From the NCBI RefSeq assembly GCF_036321535.1, contig NC_087438.1:994001-1058000 (forward strand): a stretch of 64,000 nt of DNA, written 5' to 3'. The notes beneath the pieces were generated by a model. That model was not told where the DNA came from. It made no database searches and was given only the letters and a program-made list of their open reading frames with translations. This stretch comes from Camelus dromedarius (taxonomy: Eukaryota). This document shows, in pieces, positions 58,691 through 64,000 of this stretch (position 1 is the stretch's first letter; each line of letters starts with the position of its first letter). The translations under genes and the position numbers were made by a program.

Positions 58691-61600
58691 CACAATTTTT
58701 CATGAGACCCATTCAGTTTGTAAATGTAACAATTAGTTTCCACCCAGATTTTAAAATTAAAAAAATACTGAAGTACGTATTTTTTTTTTTTTGGCCTTAA
58801 CAAAACTACTTATTAACTAAATCCCAATTTTATGTAAAAATAAAATTCTGTGCCAGAGAAGTTATGGTTATTTCCTTGTATATTTCCCGTAATAATTTGG
58901 ATTTCAGCATTCAATTGCGTTTTTAACTGCACATAAGAAACAAGGCGTTTAAAGTTTTCTCCTATTGTTTGCAATTTGTTTTCTTCAACTTGTTGGTGAA
59001 ATTAGCCAAAATATTTGAAGATAGCAAATTCTGCAAAAAGATTTTTTTTGTCGTTAAAAAGACCCCACAAACGGACTGTAATTTCCCAGCTAATTTCATT
59101 GCCTTTAAGTGCTCGCTGGCTTCTCTGACCCATGTACTCTGCACTGAGAATGCTGATGCCTCCGATCACAGGTGTTCTGTGAACTTTGACAACCACGTTG
59201 AGCAAAGGCACTGGTGGAGGGGTAGAGACCTGAAAGCCACTTTTCTTACCCTAAAAGCAAGTGACCAACAGAAGCCCTCCCTTTTTGATGAATGTGTCCG
59301 GGGACCCCCAGGACCGTTTCTGCGTGGCAGAGGACCGGAGTCCAGGAGCAGTTCCGGGGAAGCCAGAGGGACCCCCACGGCCCAGGGTGGGGGGCTCTGT
59401 CCAGCTCCAGCTCCCACGCGGGATGCGGGTGTGGTGGGAGCTGCCGCCCGCCGTGCATTCAGCCTCAAACCACAAGAAAGAGAAGTTTCACAAAGGTCGC
59501 GCATGCTCAGCTAAACGAAGCTTAACGTGTCCTGGAATCATCGTTTGCCAAGAAAGATAGACGTGTGTGTGTTTTCCACGCTCACAAATGCCACACTGAG
59601 TTCCAAGTAATTACAGCCCCGGGGCCCTTCTGCAGGGCCCCAGGCCTCCCTGTGCCACCCTTGGTGTGGAGGGTCCACGCTTCTCACGAGAGCTGAGTGG
59701 CCCGGCCGGGGGACAGCTCTGGACCAGGCCTCCATTCTAGCAAACGCTGCTGGCCCCACCTCACCTGGGAGACCCCTGCCCTGTCACTCACACTCCCCGG
59801 GGACATGGTCACTTCAAGGCTTCACCCCTGAGCCCACGACCCCCACTCACCGTCCTGGGGTGTCAGAGAGCCCCACCTGTGGGCAGGCTCCGCGGACGCT
59901 GGCCCTCCCGGCCTGCACCCCTCTTCCCTGTGCAGACTGGAGCCCAGGCGGCAGGGTCGCAGGGGCCCAGAGGGCAAGGCTCCAGCTGTGCTCCCAGCTC
60001 ACAGGACCCACGTGGGGCGGGGGGCCTCTGCCCCTCGGACCGGGGCCTGAGGGCTCTGACCCCCGGAAGAAAGAGTGGCCTTTCCAGTACGTGCAGAGGG
60101 GCCACGTGAGCAGGCAGCCACCCCGTGGCCAGCCGGGCCTCTTCCTTCTCCGCCTGGCCTCGCTTCCCAGGGTCCTCCTTCAGGGGGTGATGGGCAAGGG
60201 GGGGGGGGGAGGGAAGTGACGCCTCTGGCCGCTCAGCCCCAGGCGACCCCAGGCTTCTGCGTCCTGGCTGGACAGACCCAAGCCCGAGCCCTGCTCTTGA
60301 CTTCCCTTCAACTCTCCAGACCTGGCCGGAGGCTGGTGCGCTGCCCAGCGTGAACCCGTCCGCGGCTGTGTCGTCGCTCCCGTTTCTGCAGGGGGACCGA
60401 GCAGCCCACAGCCCTGAGAGTCTCTGCAACAAGTAGTTTTAACCGTCTTTAATTTGGAAAATGTCCCCTAAACCCGATCTTGACTTTAGAAGGACAAATG
60501 AAAGAGGCAGCTCAGCCGCAGCTGCGTCGGCGTCGCGAGTCGTGGCCTCACGCACGTAGTTTAAAAATTATTTACCATCAGCCGCACCGGAACTCCCTTA
60601 TTTTTAAGAAAAGTCAAACAAGTAGAGTATGACATAAAAAAAACTGCCTTCCCTAAAAATATTATATTAATCATTTCAGTCGGAAACAATCTTTGTGTTC
60701 ATGAGACTCGGATTTTAATATATGAGAGTCAAGTTAATTTCTACTCACGTGAGAGTAAAACCACGTGCGAACGTGGAGGACGCGACCCCCGCAGTGCAGC
60801 CTCGCACCTGCACACGTGCGTCCCTGGAAGCCTGACGGGGGCTGCGGCCACGCCGACCCGACCCGTCCCGTCAGGCAGGTTTCCTGGTCGCGTGGCCGCA
60901 GAGCTCTCTTATTAAGCCAATTGCTGTCACTCACAAGATTTAAAGAAAATCCACGTCTTAATTTCAGGGAAATTGTTTATTTACTGTGAATCCAGAAGCC
61001 TGTTAGAATCAGTTCTCGTGATTCATGTTCTCGTTTTGAGCAGGGACACTTCGGGACGGGCAGCGGAGGACCTCTCCACTCGGAGAGCGGATCTAGGCGT
61101 GGAAGCTGGACACGTGCGAACAGGCCAGGCCGGGCGGCAGGCCCCGGGCAGGGGCCCGGCAGCCGGCTGGCCAGGCAGCCGCGAAGGCCTGCTCTGGGAT
61201 TCTGACGCCAAACCCGTCTGAGTCTCAGCTTTCAGCCGCCCCGTTGTCCCTGAAACCTCACGAAGGTGATGGTCCAGTGCACTGTTTCCCGGGGAAGCTG
61301 GTGGAACTCTCAGGCCACAAACGATCGGGCAAACCCCCGCCGCCCCCGCGAAAACCTCGTGCAAAGCGTGGGTGGGACGCCTGCCTGCCTGGTTTGGTTC
61401 AGTTCCCTCAGAGCCCACGCCGCCCTGAAGGAGGTTTGGAACCCACAGCGGATCTTCCCTCCGGGCGGGCCTTCCTCTGCGGGTCGTAGGAAGCGTTTCT
61501 GACGGTGGCCGACATCCGTCTCGGGGGGAGAAGGTGTGGTCTGGTCCGCGGCAGCGATGCAGCCCCGGGGCGCCTCCCGGAAGGCGGGCTGGGCCTTCAC

Positions 61601-62658
61601 CGGAGCGCGCAGCCAGCCCTCCGAGACGGCCGCGCTCGGGGCGGCCGTCACAAACCCGCGGCGTGGTTTGTTTTTGGAGGTGAGGGTGTCCTCCGGTGTC
61701 TAATTGGTAGAGAAGCTCATTCTTCCCATTTTCAAACGCAACCAGCTTCGAAGATTTTTCGCTCACCCAGGGGCTGGGACCAGAGAAATGCTGGGCTTAT
61801 AAAGTCATTTGTTCTTCTGTTGTGATTGTATTCACGACGGAAGGGTGACGGAAAGGTCAGCTGTAACTCTGCTGTTGCGTTTTAGCTTCGAAAAAATGTA
61901 ATATTGATCCATAAGAAAATGGAAAAGCAGGACTATTAGCGCCTCGCTTGACCTTCTCCGCCCTTTGCCCCGGCCCGCGGACTCTCCCCCAGACGCTACG
62001 TCTCCCGCGCGGGGGTTGTCCTGGGTGCTCTCCTCACAGCTGATACACGACCCTCTCCCCCTCTGATGTCGCCGTGTGTCTGGTTTCCTTGCTCCAGGTT
62101 CTCTGCCGCCGGACCAGCGCCTCCGGCCGTTGGTTTGAGCGGAGCCCCTGAAGGGTCACGTGGACGGCACTTCATATCTGTCATCTTGCTGGGCGCTGGG
62201 GTCCATCACCATTTGAGACGGGAGAGCCCTCTGCAGACGAGGGCTGGCCTCCATGCGTGCCGGGGACGGGGACCCAGCCTCCCGGGGGAGCTGGGTGGGT
62301 ACCGGGGAGCGTGTCCCTGGCAGGATGCAGAGGTCAGGATGGGTCCGTGGAGACTGCGCTCCCCTGTGCAGAGACGTGGACCCTGTGCCAGCTCAGGCTG
62401 GGAGGGTGTTGAATACACCCTGACGGGGCTCCTGAGGTGAAGTGTGCAAACCCAGGAGGGTCCCCTGGTCGAGCCCCCACCACACAGAGACGTCAGACTC
62501 TGTCCCCACTGACGCTGGGGGGGATTGGAGCCAGGCTGTCCCGCTCCACGTGTCGGGGGCGGTGTGAACCCCCCCGGTCCCCCTGAGGCCTCGGGAGGGG
62601 GCGGGACGGATGCTGAGCTCAGGTGTCCGGGGCTCAGTGCTTTGGGCTCAGTGGGGCC

Positions 62659-63068
62659 TGAGCTGGGCTGAGTGGCGGCTCCCAAAGCCACGTCCTGCTG
62701 GAGCCTGTGACTGTGGCCTCGTTTGGAAATCGGGTCTTGGCAGATGTCATCAGGTTAGGATGGTTGTAGTGGACGAGGGTGGGCCTTAAATCCAATGGGA
62801 CTGGTGTCCTTATAAAAGGGACATTTGGGCAAAGACACGGGGAGAAGCCACGTGAAGAGAGAGGCAGAGCCTGGGGAAGGGGTCCACAGCTGACAGTCAC
62901 CAAGGAACGCCAGAGCCGCGGGACAGAGGCCTGGGTTGGACCCCCCGAGAGCCTCCCGAGGGGCAGCCCTGCCGCCCCGTGGTCTCTGGCTTCTGGGCTC
63001 CACCCCCAGAACTGGGAGAAATCACATTGCTGTCGCTGTAAGCCACCTGGTTTGTGGAAACCAACACA
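62659..63068 (+). mobile_element. MLT1C-like MaLR solo LTR
   Basis: TTTGGAAATCGGGTCTTGGCAGATGTCAT, GGGTGGGCCTTAAATCCAATGGGACTGGTGTCCTTATAAAAG, CCAGAACTGGGAGAAAT...TAAGCCACCTGGTTTGTGG. Confidence 0.8.
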
Positions 63069-64000
63069 GAGTCAAAGGGCAGAGGGGTCCCGGCTGCCTC
63101 CCTGGTAATGAGGGGAGAAGACCCCCTTCAGTGCCCCTCCCCCCGCGGCCCCTCCCCCACGGCTCCTCCAGATCCTCTGTGACCACACAGGTTACAGGCA
63201 GGAGCTGCCTGTTCACCTGCTGGGCGGGTGACGTCCGGGCCCCTCACGGGGGAGGCCAGACCCCACCTTGGGCAGGCACCTGCCGTGCCTTGTCCTCTGG
63301 GGCCCATGACTGTCCTTTCCGGGGACCCCTTGGTGCTTGGTTCTGCAGGGTCAGGAGATGCAGGAATCCGTGTGACTTAGCGTGAATCGGTGTGGACCAG
63401 GGGTGGGGGGGCTCTGTGGGCAGCAGCGGGGCTGTGGCCCGAGGCTCCCCTATCTCTGCTCTCCTCTGGGGCCCCTCTGTGCTCTGGCCCTTCTCAGGGG
63501 ACAGCGGGCAGGAAGGGCAAAGATAAGGCCACTCGGGGGTTATCTGCTGACCCCTGGAGAGGCTGAGAGGGAAGTGTTGTCATCCTGGGGCACAGGGGGC
63601 CCTGACCCACTGTCAGCGCCACCACGGCCCCCCAGCCCCGCTGCCCTCCTCACACGGGTGCCTGAGTGAGTGAGCCCAACGGGCGGGTGGGGGGACAGGA
63701 GTGGGGAGCCCCAGCCGGAGCCCAAGGAGGAATCAGTGTCCAAAATAAAGGTGGTGACGGCAAGCCGCACTGCAGGCCACCCAGGGATGGCTCCTCCTTG
63801 GGCTTAAATCCGTGTTCTTCTGTTTTCCAGGAAACAGTAAGAACACTGGAAAGGCAGAAGGCAGCTTCTTTGTTAGAAAAAAACGGCATGGCACTGGACC
63901 GAGGTTCTGCGCTCATTTGTGTATAAACAGCCTCCTGCATGTGAAAGACTTTAAAAGCTTCTCCATTTACCCACAGCAACACAGCCCCACCTCATCCCAG

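Noticed and set aside
58969..59514. 181-aa ORF with a Phe/Lys-rich N-terminus
   Set aside because: Non-ATG start; composition simply follows the AT-to-GC transition; no domain or exon boundaries evident.
1..64000. tRNA, rRNA, snRNA or miRNA genes, and IRX4 exons
   Set aside because: I could not identify any cloverleaf, Pol III A/B box gene, convincing hairpin or homeodomain-coding sequence by eye; tRNAscan-SE or Infernal would be needed to exclude small RNAs.

Overview
GC-rich mammalian genomic DNA containing two head-to-head nuclear-encoded mitochondrial genes: MRPL36 (minus strand, single coding exon 20822-21100) and NDUFS6 (plus strand, four coding exons 23133-29570, 125 aa). Each has its own CpG-island promoter with NRF1/ETS/YY1 motifs. 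In human this pair lies at 5p15.33 next to IRX4, so the flanks are probably part of the Iroquois regulatory gene desert (inference from synteny; IRX4 is not in this window). The flanks hold degraded L1, MaLR (MLT1), MLT2, ERV solo-LTR and hAT-Charlie remnants, simple repeats, and short AT-rich, homeobox-motif-rich islands that look like conserved enhancers. Cetartiodactyl-style L1 3' ends, with no Alu, B1/B2, Bov-tA, PRE-1 or Can-SINE that I could recognise, suggest a camelid or similar species (low confidence). I found no new protein-coding system; almost all ORFs in the track are GC-rich artefacts. Best leads: (1) an in-frame alternative 5' splice site after NDUFS6 exon 2 that would insert VRKRCKRE; (2) a strong AT-to-GC shift in old repeats, consistent with GC-biased gene conversion and possibly affecting MRPL36's conserved C-terminus; (3) candidate long-range enhancers and a consensus CTCF site. 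Repeat family names come from recalled consensus sequences and their boundaries are approximate.
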